From NCBI RefSeq assembly GCF_964355755.1, contig NC_092672.1, positions 35,470,437-35,534,436 of the forward strand: DNA of 64,000 nt, read 5' to 3'. Origin of the DNA: Antedon mediterranea (taxonomy: Eukaryota > Animalia > Echinodermata). The notes beneath the pieces are model-generated. The model did not search any database, had not been told where the DNA came from, and saw only the letters and a program-made list of their open reading frames with translations. A program made the position numbers and the translations under genes. Shown here piece by piece: positions 50,423 to 64,000 of the stretch. Every line of letters starts with the position of its first letter. Position 1 is the first letter of the stretch.

Positions 50423-52466
50423 TCATGCTATCAATTGTAACAGAGTTTCCTTTTTTGCACCCCATTTACGTTGTGCCTTCATGAAGTTACACATATGTTC
50501 ATTTTCTATTAGATTTTTAACTTCAGCAGTGAAAAGAATCCAGATCTTTTTTTTATCATCTTTATCTTTTCTTCCACCATTGGATATTATGTGTACCTTG
50601 TATATACAGAATAAAAACATAGAAATCAATTCATTTACAATATTGTTTTTTGTTCCTGTAACAATTTTAAACCATGTAATATTATCTTCAGCTGGAAAGC
50701 AATTAGCCAGCACACCTTTAAATTTGTGCCATGTCCATTGAATGGCATTGCATTCAAACAGCATGTGCTGTTCACTTTCTATCTGATTTATACAATTGTC
50801 ACATAAATTATTTTCTGCCAAATTCCATAATTTTAATCTTTTTTTACACGGTAATATTCGATGTAAGAGTTTAAAGTTGAATTGAGCAACTTTAACTATA
50901 TGTTTCATCTTGTATACCTTATAATACCATACTTTATTCCAATCTATTTCTACGTTATTTAGCTCACATTCCCATTTTCTTTGTGAACCTGGTTCAGTGG
51001 AACGTTTGTTTATAAAATATTTATAGTAGATAGATCCTTTAATGTTCTTATGCAACAATGAGTCATTATTACCTACATCTTGATTATTTGTATTGTCTTT
51101 TCTAATAATTTCTTTCCACCCATTTGGTATGGCATTCATAAGCTGTAAATATTCAATTAAACCATTATGTTTTTCATACAAATTTGAGATTATTTCACCT
51201 GCGGTACATACTCTATCATTTATAAATATGTCACCAATTATTTTATAATCAGAATATAACCATGATTTGAAGTACAATGATTTATTGTTAGATAGTATAA
51301 ACTTATTTTCCCATAGTTGTTGATTTTTTATTTCTATTAAAGTTGTTGGTTCTGAATACACAATATTATTAAATTTTACAACAGCATTAATCATGTTCTT
51401 GTAGAATGTAGGCATATCTCTCAAGTTAGCATGATCATGTACATTAAGTTTAGTACTTTTTATTGTATATTCAATTGGGTGAAGGAAATATTTTGGTATG
51501 CATTTCCATTTACCTGGATCTGGACTTAACAGTCGCTTGACCCAATTCAGTTTAAGTGATTCAACCACAGAGCTAATATCTGGCATGTTTAAACCACCTT
51601 CCTTAATATTTTTAATTAAGGTTATTCTCTTTATCTTTTCCCTTCTGGTTCCCCATAGGAACGTATATAATAGTTTTTCTATTTGTTTAACTATATCTTT
51701 GGGAACATCAATTATACTTGCGTTATATATAAACTTAGACAATGCAAGTGTTTTAATAATAGTTATTTTACCAAAAAAGGTAAGATTCCTTCTTTTCCAT
51801 AAATTTAATACGTTTTCTAGGTTGGTAATTTTTTTATCCCAGTTTCTCTTTTCACATAAATGCTTATTGTAACCTATATGGATTCCTAAGAATTTAACAG
51901 GTTCACTAGTCCATGTAATATCTAATGGTTTTGAAACACTATTTTCGTTTACACCAATCCACATACCATTTGTCTTTTTTCTATTTAATGTTAACCCTGA
52001 AACACTACAAAAAGACTCAATCTCATTAAAGAAATATTTTAAACTACCTTCGTCATGTGAAAAAATTACGGTGTCATCCGCTAATTGAGCAATTTTAACG
52101 ATATTATCATCATCGTCATTGCTATTAGGTAACGTAATTCCTATACATTTAGAATTATTTCTGATATTTACTGCCATTATTTCTGATACCAGAATAAATA
52201 GCAAAGCAGATAATGGGCAGCCTTGCCTCACACCACACTCCATTTTAAACTTTTCTGACAACCATCCGTTGTTTACTATGCATGACACATTCTGTTTCTT
52301 TATACATAACCTTTATCCATTTGATAAATGAATTTCCAAAACCAAAGAGTTTTAAAACCTTAAACAGCAGTATTCTGTCTATTGAGTCGAAAGCTTTCGC
52401 ATAATCAAGAAAAACAATAGCACCTGTCATATTTTTTGCTTTTGTGTAGTCTAGTATGTCGTTTAC
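50423..52466 (-). mobile_element. L1/Tx1-clade LINE ORF2 (RT plus C-terminal CCHC), cut at 52466 by a BEL LTR
   Basis: VNDILDYTK..GAIVFLDYAKAFDSID, GVRQGCPLSALLF, QLADD, CDNC..ESEQHMLFEC; one frameshift near 52288; 621-aa open stretch. Confidence 0.92.
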
Positions 52467-55400
52467 TGTTCAAGAGAGTTTTTAGGATCGGAGCACCGAG
52501 ACCAAATCATATGCTTGGTTCCAGAACGCAAGGACGCTGTAACTGCCCTAAAAATAATGCGAGTGATAGTCGTTATTCAAGTCCAACACCCAAGGTGCTC
52601 CTTTATTCCTGTTTCTTGAATGTGAACCAGATTACTAAAACAAAACATAACAATGACCTATAAATGCATGTCTAGCAATATATGTGGCTCCTTAAAATGG
52701 ATATGAAAGGGTTCCTAGCAATATCATTTTATTGGCTCAACGTGTAGATCAATCGGTTTTAAGCTCGCCATAGTCATACTTAATGTTTTGGAGGACGACA
52801 ACGCCCTCAAAACGCCCCTGGGAAACCTGTGAAAAACTTTTTGTGACGTCACTAAAAGTTATTTTTGTATTACAGAGATAGGAATTTTGGAGTAAATCAT
52901 TGATTGATGCAAAAGCATGGTAGTAATTACTTATCGCTTTGATATTTTTATTCTTGGATAAGTATGTTAGCTTAATCGAATAAAATTAATTCATATTATC
53001 AACCATGTTTTTTTTTAAACGGATTTTAATTTCGTTTTTCAAGGCCACCTTTCACGAAATTCATAGCCAAATGCCTATCTTGCTGGGTACACGGAGTTAT
53101 TTTGCGCATGCGTGAGAATCACAGAGTCGATCACCTTGGCCTCTCTCTCGACCCTCCTCTCGCGAGCGATGTTTATTTCGCTATTTAGTATACACGTATT
53201 ATTGAAACATCATTTTATTATTATTTCGTTGTAATTAACTGAAATTGATGGAAATTCGTCCACATCGTGTGTTAACATCGTTTTGAAGAAACCGTTGGAC
53301 GAGTAAATGGTGTTTGACAATAATGCCATGGCCTGAAGCAGCTAGCTAGGCCTTTTTAGTAGTGATGACTGCTAGATACGGTGTTTAGTCGCCCGGTCGC
53401 GATTTTTTTTTTCGTACATAAGTTGGGGACCCCCTCATGAAACGTCACAAAATAAACATGAATAATTCATCAGTTAAATTTTCTTGTTCCGTGTGCACCC
53501 AAGCGTATAGCAACAAGAAGTGACAGTTTACACAAGTGCGGTACGATTCTAGGCCTATCTCCGCTGTGGTTGCCGCGTGCGATTTCATAATACTAATAGA
53601 ATAGCGGCGTTTTGTGTGGATTGTCGAAATAATCAGCCTTTAGTTTGGTGTTTTTAATATAATTTATTACTAAAGAATTACGTGTTAAAATTATAGTTTC
53701 TATTGATACTATTAGCCTAATTACTAGTCTCTAAACCCATGTCTATTCTAGTAGTAGCTGTGTTGGTGTGTGTGACGTGTGTGTTAGTTAGGTATGACAC
53801 AGTCCGATTAATAGGCCTAAGTCAGCAAAATTAAACAATAAACATTACACAAAAATACATTTTTTATTCTCGTGGGTCTAATCCCATCTCATGTGTTCAT
53901 ATACGTGCATTTTTAAAGTTTCTTTGAGTACATGCATATTGTTTGATAATAAAATAGCAGAATTAAAAAATTACAGTACACACATTATACACATTCTTTA
54001 TTCTTGTGGGTCTAAGCTTTCTTTGGGCTATGTCCAATTACTACTTTGTCTAGCTGTCGATTAGCCTCCACACATTTGCATAGTAGTGGACGTGTGTGTG
54101 AAAAAAAATAGTGCGCGAAGGCGAGGCAATCACGTGAATTGACCTAGAATCCTAGGCCTATTCAGTCGGAGAGCCGCGTTGGGAAATATGACCGTTATCG
54201 CGAAATTTTCGACTTCGCATGACGTCATTAATTTTAGAAGCCCTCTCTCGGCACAGAGGCATCAACGTTTCGCGCGAAAACATTAGCATAAAGTATACGT
54301 CATTTTATAGCTGTTTAATAAACATTAATAGGCGAAAAATTAACCATATATGGTAAGATCAGTTCCTTATATGTTTAAGATGTCGCAGGTCACCTAATTT
54401 TCGGAATAATTTGTTGGATTTGTTGTCAGTGACAGTTTCTTTCCAAAGTTCGTGTGCAGCCGTCAAAGCTGAAGTTTTCTAACTTGTGTTTGTTTACAAA
54501 TTTTCCATTAGTGGGATTTGCATCCCATACAGTGAATTACCAAAAAATCGGCGTATATGGATAGAGTAAGTATCAATAGTCTGTTTTACGTTAAAATTGG
54601 CTTGAAACCCTATTTAAGCTTCCTACAGCGAACATTTTAAAAAAGGTCCTCATTTCACATAATTGTTACGTCTCGCGGCACTAGTTCCGTCGTGTGTAGT
54701 GCATGGTGTGTTGATTGTGGTTGTTGCAGGTGTGGGTGTGCACGACCTGGTGGATCGTTGTCGTAATATCGGCCTAGGCTTAGCCTTAGTAACATGTTGA
54801 TAATTAAAATACTTTAGTTACAATTTAGTATTATTAAAGTTTCGTTAATCCTATACTCTATATTGAAGATGCGTTGGGAAGGTTTTAAAAAGATAATTAA
54901 GCCAATCGCAGCCTGACATATAGTTAAATATCCTCATTATTGGCAACTGATGGGTACAATTTATTTACTGTATTATTAATTAATAATTATACAATAAATA
55001 TACAGACACAAGGAAGTTTTGTGTTTAGTGCTTTTTTATGGTAGGCCTACAGTACAGTCATATTTTATCTGAATATGTTTTCAGGTTGTGGAATAATTAT
55101 ATAATTATACAGTACAGTATTTAAGAAAATGTTTTCGTCATAGTGACAATTATTTAAATAGTTCTTTACATTTCAGCTATTCATTTTCATTTCAGGTTTT
55201 TTGTTGGTATCAAGATTTTCTATCTCGTTCTTCAATATGAGGTTGGACGGTGGAAGCTGTAAAGTGGTTTTCTCGATTTCAATATCATTGCTGATAGTTT
55301 TTCATTTTATTCGCTAATATAACATATAAATTTATATTCATTTAAGTTGTAGAAGTGTTTCAGATCAGTAAATATTTATAAAGATATAAATTAAGTTGCG

Positions 55401-56898
55401 ATTGATTGATTTACTTTATTAACCAGAGTCGCACAGATGCATACAATATAAACATAAAACAATCATAAAATCAGTACAACAGTAAGACTCAAGTAAAAAT
55501 GATATCTCAAAAAGTACATATGGTGGCATATTTTATATTTACAGTATTAGGCCTAGCTAGTTTGTTATGTCTGATGAACAAGGTGCTATTAGAAGTTTTT
55601 ATATACAGTAGTATTTACTATTTGTATCAGTAATTGTTTGAAAGGTTGTATTTTTTCACATTCTGTATATGTATACATAAAAAGAAAAAATGTATTGCTT
55701 GTGTGAAATGTAAGTTGTATCTAATAAAGTAATAGAATATTTCTGTATACAAGTGTGACATTTACTGCCAGATATTGATATACTGATAAGTACCAACCAA
55801 TTAACAATACTCAAGTAAATGATGGGCTAATAATTATCTTTTTTAAAAACATGACCATATAAAAATACATGGTTGAGTCTCTCAAACAAAAGATGCCTGA
55901 TTTTGTAAATAACATTCCCCACCATATTTATATATAAATTGAAAATGGGTTATCTTTTGGCACTTTGTTTTTCAATTTATTGTTTTTTAACAGTTTTTGT
56001 AATTTTTTCTGGGCCTAGGTTCTTCTTCAGGCTTCTTCTTGCTTGGTATATGAGCTGGGATAGACCTACCAGCCTAGATTATGGAATACCCAGATTATGT
56101 CTACTTCTACTCCAGCTACTATAGGCCCTACTACAGTATAACACAAACTACTATCAGAATTACCTAGCCTAACTAGGCCTAGAAAATACTATTTTTAGGC
56201 CTAGCTAGGCTAGAAGTTAAGTAAGTAATTATAGTAGCTAGTCTAAGTAGGCCTTTCCTAGCTCAGAAACCAAATAGAACAATAATCGGGCAGCAGATTG
56301 AAACCTTAGGCCTGTGACGCAGTACGCCTGCATGAACAACCGGATTAAACAGGGACACGATTCGGTCCGGGTCGATTCGTACCAGCTTCGTAAAACGTAA
56401 ACAAAGTTTCAAAATGGCGGTTTTTCGATCGTAACTGAACAGAAATGTAGTAGGTTTGGTTTGATTAGTGGGAGTTGCATCCCAAGAAAGCTTAAAATTA
56501 GATTTTTATTTTAATAGATAGCTTAATAGTTTATCTTGTAAGGATTTTAAATTCGTTTTGAAACCTTATCTAGAAAATATGAAATTTAATGATTTTTTAC
56601 CATCATTTAAAAAAAAATATAAATAAAAAAGTTTATACACAAAATAATGATATTTCTCGAAACAAAAAAACTGTGGAATTTAGATCACAGTTTTTATCAT
56701 TATTTAAGCTTGCAGTTCAACTATTGAAATACGTTTATTGATTTCATCTAATATCAAAATTATACAATTTTCAAAGTGTACTAAAATAGCAAAAATTCCA
56801 ACATTTTCCACGAAGCGCGCCCTCACAATGAATGAAATCAGTGATGCGTTACCAACGCGGCTTTCCGACTGTATTGTAGAAAGAATCGTATCGCAGTT

Positions 56899-59800
56899 GG
56901 GTGTGTCGAAAGCGAAGACCTCGAAAGCGAAGATCGAAGACCGAAGACCTCGAAAGCGAAGACCCTACGAAATGGTAGTGTGCACAAAATCCGACCAAAA
57001 TCGATGATAACACCTTGAATTTACAGATTCTAAAAAAATATTTCGATTTTAATCGTTATGTTATCAAAAAACATGACTTTATCTATGAACAAGCTCACGT
57101 GTTTTCGCCAATGGAGTTAATATGTGATATAGTTTTACGAACAAACACATCGCGCTATTTGCAAGGCGACGGACACACAAGAAGGACCTCGAATTGAATG
57201 CAATATTAAATGTCACTTTTTCCGATAACTTTGTATTGTAGCACACGTCGCCTACAATTTAAAGCCATAGCCAACTGTATAGAAAAGTATAGAAATAAAC
57301 TACAGTAAAGTAAATAAATTAAAGTAAGTAAATTCATTGCAAGAAGTAAAGGATGGCCATATGCTTATTTAGCCTAATTTTAGAGCCTATAGGCCTATAA
57401 AAAGTGTCCGTATCATAGATTTTACACTGACATCATGTTATACGTACGCGTGAATACAACTTAGAGATCCTTTTTTTTTGCATTTAAATATTATTATGTT
57501 GATGTATGTTTATTATCTATAATATTTGCCTATTGTCTAAATGTATGAATAAATACAATAAGATATTTATTTTCCTTTAGTTGTATAGTATTTTAAACTT
57601 GTACATTTTCCTCATTGTAGCCAATACTACAGTATTACTGATTTAATTATTCGCCAGTTTAAAAATATTTTTCTAATGTATTCATAATGGTCAAATAATA
57701 TTATCAGTATCGGTTAGTGTGGTTGGCGAAGCGACAGTACTATGTAAAGAAGAAAAATGTAAAATAAATATTTCATTAACCAACGTATGAACTACTAAAC
57801 GAAAACATCCTACGGCAACGTATATCGTATTGACGCGCGCGCAACATAAGAAAATACTCTTCTATCTATTTTTGCATCCCCTCTTACGATCGAGAATCAT
57901 GATGAACGTAAAGCAGTCGGTGTTGAACACGTCGGTTCCCACTTATGATGACACGCAAGTTTGTTCTTAAGGCGCACTTTGCGTCGATCTGGAAATTAAT
58001 TCCAGCTCTTAAAATATTTCCCGGGCCAAATTTGGCAGAATATATTCAAATTATGATTTGACAAGAAGTAAAAAGAACGAACGATATAGGCATCAGCGTT
58101 TTGCAAATTTTGGTTATAAATCGGTCGTTTCCTGCGACATATCATCTGTTTCACGGCTTCCATAATTCCGAATAATTATGCCATTATGTCAACGTTCACA
58201 AAGACAAAAGCCATTCAAAACAAAGATTGAAATAAAAAATATTCCCTCCAAAATTACAAGTTGCCGATTTTGTTACGGTTGCAATGTGATTAGTGACGAT
58301 AGTGTGTTCACGTTTAATTTATTTTTCAATATTAAAACGGGTGTTTATTCATATCGGTATTACGTTTACCGACACTGTCAAAAGATTAGTTTAATGAAGT
58401 TCCAGTCCCGCCAACCACAATTTTCCTCATCATCAAATAAAAAACTGACTTTTGTTTTCAAGCATTGCCCGTGGTGAATACAAAAAGAGATACTCTCTAT
58501 AAATCTTTATTAAGTGATGGTGAATGTTTATCGGGCTTAACCACTCTAACCCCCAACCTTCTATCTCACAGGGTTGTGGTTGAGACGACTATTCAACAGT
58601 CTCCCGATTTTCAACAGATTGTCGACGTCCCGCTTCTAAATGTTTGCATCCCTGCCATGAGTGTCCATTAACAAAAGAAAACATAAAATTTTAATTAAGA
58701 AACAGGTTACCGGTTGTTGACCATTTAAATATAGAATTGACACTAATACAAACAAATCTAACAGAATATACTATTATAACGGGTTAACGATCAAGAAAAA
58801 TTTTCAGAGTGTGATGTCTATTATTCGTTCTACAGTATTAGCCTTTTGTCAAATCATAATTTGAATACAGTATTATTTTTTACTTTGACAATACAAAGAT
58901 ATAAAATAAAGTTCCGTTAGTTCACGGTAAGCTATTGGGACGAACTGTCATTGGCCCGGGAAATATTTTAAGAGCTGAAATTGGTTTTCAGATCGACGCA
59001 AAGTGCGCCGTAAGAAAATAACGTTGCGTGTCATCACAAGTGGGAACCGATGTGTTCAACACCATTTCTGCTTTATTACGTTCATCATGATTCTCGAATC
59101 GTAAAGCCTGTTTTCCTGTCGACGTTAGTAGACGCTATCGTCGTTGATCGTTAAAAGTTCAACGACGATCGTTTGAAAACGATCAAGTTGAAATGATAAC
59201 GATAGCGATTACCTTTTCCTGTAAATCGTTAACATTTCAATGTTTACGTAGAAGATCGCCGATTATTGTTAACGATAGCGTCGAATAACGTCGACAGGAA
59301 AACAGGCTTAAGAGGTTCTGTTGCGCGCGCCAACGATACGTTGCGGCACAATTTTTTTTGTTTAGTGGTTCATACGTTGGTTAATGAAATATTTATTTTC
59401 CTTAAAAGGAAAATAAATATTTCATTAACCAAAAAAAATTTACATTTTTCTTTACATCATCTGTCGCTTCTCCAACCACACTAAATATTCTGATACTGAT
59501 ATAGGCCCTATTATTTGTCTATTATTATGAATACATTAGAAAACATTTTGAAACTGGCGATTAAGTAAAATAGCAATAGTTACAATGGGAAAATGTAAAA
59601 GTTTAAATACAATACAGGAAAATGAATATCTTATTGTATTTATTCATACATTTAGATAATAAACAATAGGCAAATAAAAAACACATAGCAACATATTTAA
59701 ATGCAAAAAAGATCTCTGTACCTACATTTAAAAGCAAGTGTAAAATCTATGATACGGACACTTTTTATAGGCCTATAGGCTCTAAAATAAACCTAAATAC

Positions 59801-60205
59801 CGGGCCTACCGCCATCCTTTACTTCTTACAATTTACTTACTGTAGTTTATTTCTATACTTATAAACAATTGGCTATGATTTTAAATTGTTATCGGAACAA
59901 GTGACATTTCATGTGCGAGGTCCTTCTTGTGCGTCCGTCGCCTTGCAAATAGCGCGATGTGTTTGTTCGTAAAACTATATCACATATTAACTCCATTGGC
60001 GAAAACACGTGAGCTTGTTCATAAATAAAGTCATGATTTTTTTTTAAATTGAAATATTTTTTCAGGATCTGTAAATTCAAGGTGTTATCACGATTTTGTA
60101 TGATTTTGGTCGGATTTTGTGCACACTACAATTTCGTAGGGTCTTCGCTTTCGAGGTCTTCGGTCTTCGATCTTCGCTTTCGAGGTCTTCGCTTTCGACA
60201 CACCC
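56899..60205. mobile_element. MULE/Foldback-like element B, ~1.2-kb inverted arms, 10-bp TSD
   Basis: GGGTGTGTCGAAAGCGAAGACC / GGTCTTCGCTTTCGACACACCC; arms ~56899-58070 and ~58840-60205; TSD TATCGCAGTT at 56889-56898 and 60206-60215. Confidence 0.9.
59105..59308. mobile_element. Harbinger/Tourist MITE with TAA TSD
   Basis: AGCCTGTTTTCCTGTCGACGTTA / TAACGTCGACAGGAAAACAGGCT; TAA at 59102-59104 and 59309-59311; empty site in the other arm at ~57884. Confidence 0.9.
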
Positions 60206-63200
60206 TATCGCAGTTGTGTAAATCACTTCTTGTTGCTATACGCTTGGGTGCACACGGAACAACAAATTTAACTTAACTGATGAATTATTCATGTTTATTT
60301 TGTGACGTTTCATGAGGGGTCCCCAACTTATGTACGAAAAAAAAAATCGCCGCCCGGTCAGAGGTGAGCTGAGAGCGTATGCTCCTTGATGTATCGTTGA
60401 GGGTGTTAATGGTAGGCACAATTGTGTTACTGTATTATGTATATACACATTGTTTATAAGTACGTTTATTAATATTGTTGTGTGCTGTAGTGTCCGTTTC
60501 TGACTAACGCATTATTAAAATATTTTTTTGTTATCAATTACATACCGCCCTAGCTAGAGCTAGGCTAGGCAACACTGAATACTAAATATTAGGATTCCCA
60601 ATTAAAATGAATAGAGGTGGATTTTCTCTAATGTAGTAATAAAGGGTATAACAGGCCAGGCCTAGTTAGGGGTATTTGAGCTTGTATCATATATTATTAA
60701 TACAGTATAAATAAACAATTCATTTGTATTTTTACCTACCTACAGGTCTATAATTGGAGTGGAACTATGATAATTAATGGACGGGATAAGCAAAAATGTA
60801 TTTATTGATTGGAATGGAAGCGCAAATTTTAGAGTCAAATTATAATATTAAGGTAACAGATACTGAGCATTGCTATTTTAAACTGTTGATCAAACTTACA
60901 TAATACATTATACTAAATTATTATTTTGTTATTATTTATTTTCCTTTTTCAGGTGAATAGGAAGATGCCCAGCGTACTTTATAATAGATGCTACTTGGAT
61001 CAAGCTTGCACGATACATATGCAGTATACTAAGACACCAAGTATAGAATGAGCGCAGACAATTAAAATTACAGAACTAAATATTTATGAAGAATAGTAAA
61101 ATATGCATAATAGAATGCTTTAGACGTGAATGCTATGGTTACAGTCATACTGTAACTATGGTAATGTACTACCAGACAGTACACTAGTAGCAGTGCATCA
61201 TATAGTGTTTGTTTTTAACCATCTAAATGGGTCTGGGTATATAAACAAATAAACCACTACTGTACTTCTTTTTTTATTTATTTAGCCAAATGTACAATGG
61301 ACATTTATGAAAGAATCTCTTGAATATGATGGAGCTGGCTGGTGTTGATAGAATTAAAATGTATCACTCAGGTCTCAAAAGTAATTTATGTCCCGTTTGA
61401 AAAATCTTGCTTGTTCCAAACTCATTATGATACATTTGTTCAATAAAATTCATTCCACACACTATTTCTGCCATATAATTTGTTGATGTTTACAATTTTA
61501 TTACTAGTACTACAGGTATTACAGTTCTTCAAGCCATCTCATGTACTGTTGATTCCATAAATCTGCAAAGATAAGACCAATAAATGGTTGGAAATGCACT
61601 ATTATTTTTATTCAATCCTACCTAGGCCCTATAGTACAGTATTATATTTTATGACTTGGTAACAAACAGAAAGAGATTATTTAATTACAGTACTAACTAA
61701 ACTATAATAATCCTCTCTGCCTCACCTCTGCTCTACTTTAATTATTAGTATTATTATATTACTATATTAGTCAATAACAAAATTCAGAGCCAAAAACAAG
61801 TTCAAAAGCTTACCTTTTTTATTTACGTCGCCTTTTACATACGTCTACGCCCGCGCCTTGTCCACTTCCTGGAGGTTCGTCGGTGAACCGGCGACTACTA
61901 CTCTCTTCCATGGAGTAACTCCATATGTAGGCCTAGTATAGTAGTACTAGCAAATTTAGAAGAAACTATAGTCTACTAGACCTAGCCTACTTTGTAGTCT
62001 GCGTGAGTGGTTTAGTGTGAGATGTACAAATACACCCTTTCTTCTTTTCACGTACAATCTTTGCAGACATAACTTTTTATTGATTTGTGAAATATCGATA
62101 TTTTCTACAACTACAGCAGCAACAGGGAGCTTGTAGGATGGGTTTGTTTATTTTGTTTACACCACACAGTCCGCGAACGAGACAAGGCGGTGATTGGACT
62201 GTATTAAAATTCATTAACCAATCACAAAACGACTGCTGCCGTGGCTACAACCCCGGGTGTTTCAAACTCTAAATTTGACGATCTCGTACGTGCGTATAGA
62301 ACGTTCATAAAAATTAAGATGGCGTGCCAGTTGGTCGGCCATTTTGCGGACGTTTTATACCAAAATTGTATTTGTTTATTTCTCAAGTTCTACTAGGTAT
62401 TTGAATCTAATTTTTGGTGTGCTGTTTATTAACATTAAAAGGATTCATACAAAGTCATTTTTGTGAAATTTTAAAATCCTTTCATATCCATTTTAAGCGT
62501 CAAACTGAAAAGTTTTGTATTTAAGTTAAAACAAACAATATAAAAGACGATCCCTTAAACTAATTAAAAATGCAAAACCGTGTCGTCATAGCAACGGATA
62601 ACAAAATCCTTGAGGTTAACTCCTCCTACAACGACGCGACACCTACATGCCATTGACATTGTATACGTAAATCAATTAAAATGATCACATGAACTATAAA
62701 GTTTTGCGAAGATTATTATAACTATAGTATCCAGGTGCTTAATGCAATGCAGTAACTTTAACAATGAATTATTAATACTAATACTTAGTAAATGATTAAA
62801 TTAAGGTACAACAGGTCAAAGCCATATCTCATCAATATATAGGCCTAGCTAGGTAACATAACCGAAATTAATGGCGTCTCAATAGAACTTGGCCTAATAA
62901 CATTAAATCTGTATGAGTTATTGATCAATAAATGTAGCGGAATGCAGCTTACCGAAAATAGCAAAGTCACCCGCTATCTGCAGTACATAAACAATTCAAG
63001 TAAATATCAAAAATTAAACAATATGTCAATATCCTATAATTAAAGTCACTAGCTGTGATCATACATCCTCTCCTCTCTAATGCAAGATACCTCTCCTCAC
63101 ATGGTCCTAAAATGACGTCATTTTCTTAATAATGCGCCCTCTCTAAATATAAACTAGTTTGGGACCAAACATCCCGGCCCCTCTAATGCTATACTGAATT

Positions 63201-63285
63201 AAGGCATTAGCAAACATAGTTAACAATTTAACAATAAATAAATTAATGTAACAACAATTTAACAATCTATTAAACAGCATCTGAA

Positions 63286-64000
63286 CTACTGACTCTCTGC
63301 CTCCAGAATCACAACCAACTTCGTGATGGGCCGTACCAGTTCAGCGTTTGCAGTTCTCAGCTTAACAGATCTCACCAGTCCTCTTGCATCCTTATAAGCT
63401 TCCAACACTCTTGCCATTGGCCACTGTCCTCTTGGAGAATTCTCCGCAATTATAACAATGTCTCCTACATCCACATTTCTACGCTCTTTAAACCATTTCT
63501 GACGCTCCATCAATGTCGCCAAATACTCCTTCCTCCATCTTGCCCAGAATACATTAACCAGGTATTGCGCCTGTCTCCATCTCTTACGATATACATCTGC
63601 CTCACTGAATATACCTGGAGCAGGTATATAATCTGCTTGTGCCAGTAACAGGTGATTCGGCGTTAGTGGGCGATCTTCCTTAGGATCATCAGACAGCATT
63701 GTCAATGGCCGTCCGTTAACAATCGCCTCCACCTCACAAAACAATGTCCTCAGACCTTCATCGTTTAGTTTTATTGTCTGCTCCTTTAACAATCCATATA
63801 ACACCTTTCTTATTGATCTGATCATTCTTTCCCAGACTCCCCCTTGGTGGGAGGCAGCTGGAGGATTAAATCTCCAATCAATTCCATTTTGTCTTACTGT
63901 GTGAATCTGAGTGTTGTTCCATTCTTTCATTCCCTTTCTTAGCTCCTTGTCGGCTCCTACTAAATTGGTTCCGTTGTCCGACAGCATGTATCTTACAGCA
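63286..64000 (-). mobile_element. BEL/Pao LTR retrotransposon integrase C-terminus (DUF5641-like)
   Basis: SDNGTNLVGA..WRFNPPAASHQGGVWERMI..EVEAIVNGRPL..LTPNHLL..FWARWRKEYL..WPMARV..RPITKL; open to the window edge. Confidence 0.95.

Larger units (their letters stand above)
53399..60350. mobile_element. MULE-like element A, ~150-bp TIRs, 9-bp TSD
   Basis: GCGATTTTTTTTTTCGTACATAAGTTGGGGACCCC.. inverted at 60216-60350; TSD CGCCCGGTC at 53390-53398 and 60351-60359. Confidence 0.88.
52696..62492. mobile_element. TTAA-flanked TIR element (Kolobok-like), non-autonomous
   Basis: Perfect 15-bp TIR AATGGATATGAAAGG / CCTTTCATATCCATT; TTAA at 52692-52695 and 62493-62496. Confidence 0.85.
52467..63171 (-). 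mobile_element. BEL/Pao 3' LTR (~0.9 kb net) split by a 9.8-kb insertion
   Basis: On the minus strand, PPT AGAGGGGCCGGGA (63172-63184) then TGT at 63171; ends ..GAACA at 52467 with AATAAA at ~52605; the Tx1 reading frame resumes immediately after. Confidence 0.7.

Noticed and set aside
56738-60448. Short ORFs mirrored in the two arms (MNLQILKKYF..)
   Set aside because: Products of the inverted repeat of foldback element B; no transposase motifs.

Overview
This is AT-rich eukaryotic (marine-invertebrate-like, possibly echinoderm; taxon is inference) genomic DNA, not prokaryotic. The main genic content is a cluster of four paralogues of an uncharacterised secreted-pathway multipass membrane protein with a single coding exon (signal peptide, ~190-aa Cys-containing ectodomain, ~9-10 hydrophobic segments). 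Copy 1 (3650-6516, +) is frameshifted; copies 2 (21123-23462, -) and 3 (30372-32711, -) are intact; copy 4 (39922-42733, -) has a 20-bp deletion. The copies are recombinational mosaics with a conserved ectodomain, a variable central TM block, a loop carrying copy-specific tandem repeats, and in two copies a C-terminus donated by a hAT-type MITE. The rest is dense transposon landscape: two tRNA-Val(AAC)-derived copies, Helentron-type (DINE/HINE-like) elements, a Harbinger remnant, CR1/L2/Rex1/Tx1 LINE fossils, Gypsy and BEL fragments, a Polinton-like ATPase fossil, a spacerless ~960-bp palindrome, a 5.2-kb satellite-filled TIR element, and a six-level nested transposon stack at 50-64 kb whose four innermost layers retain readable TSDs. 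Paralogous alignments also show recurrent TA-to-TAGGCCTA micro-insertions. All alignments were done by eye, so repeat boundaries without a stated TSD are approximate.
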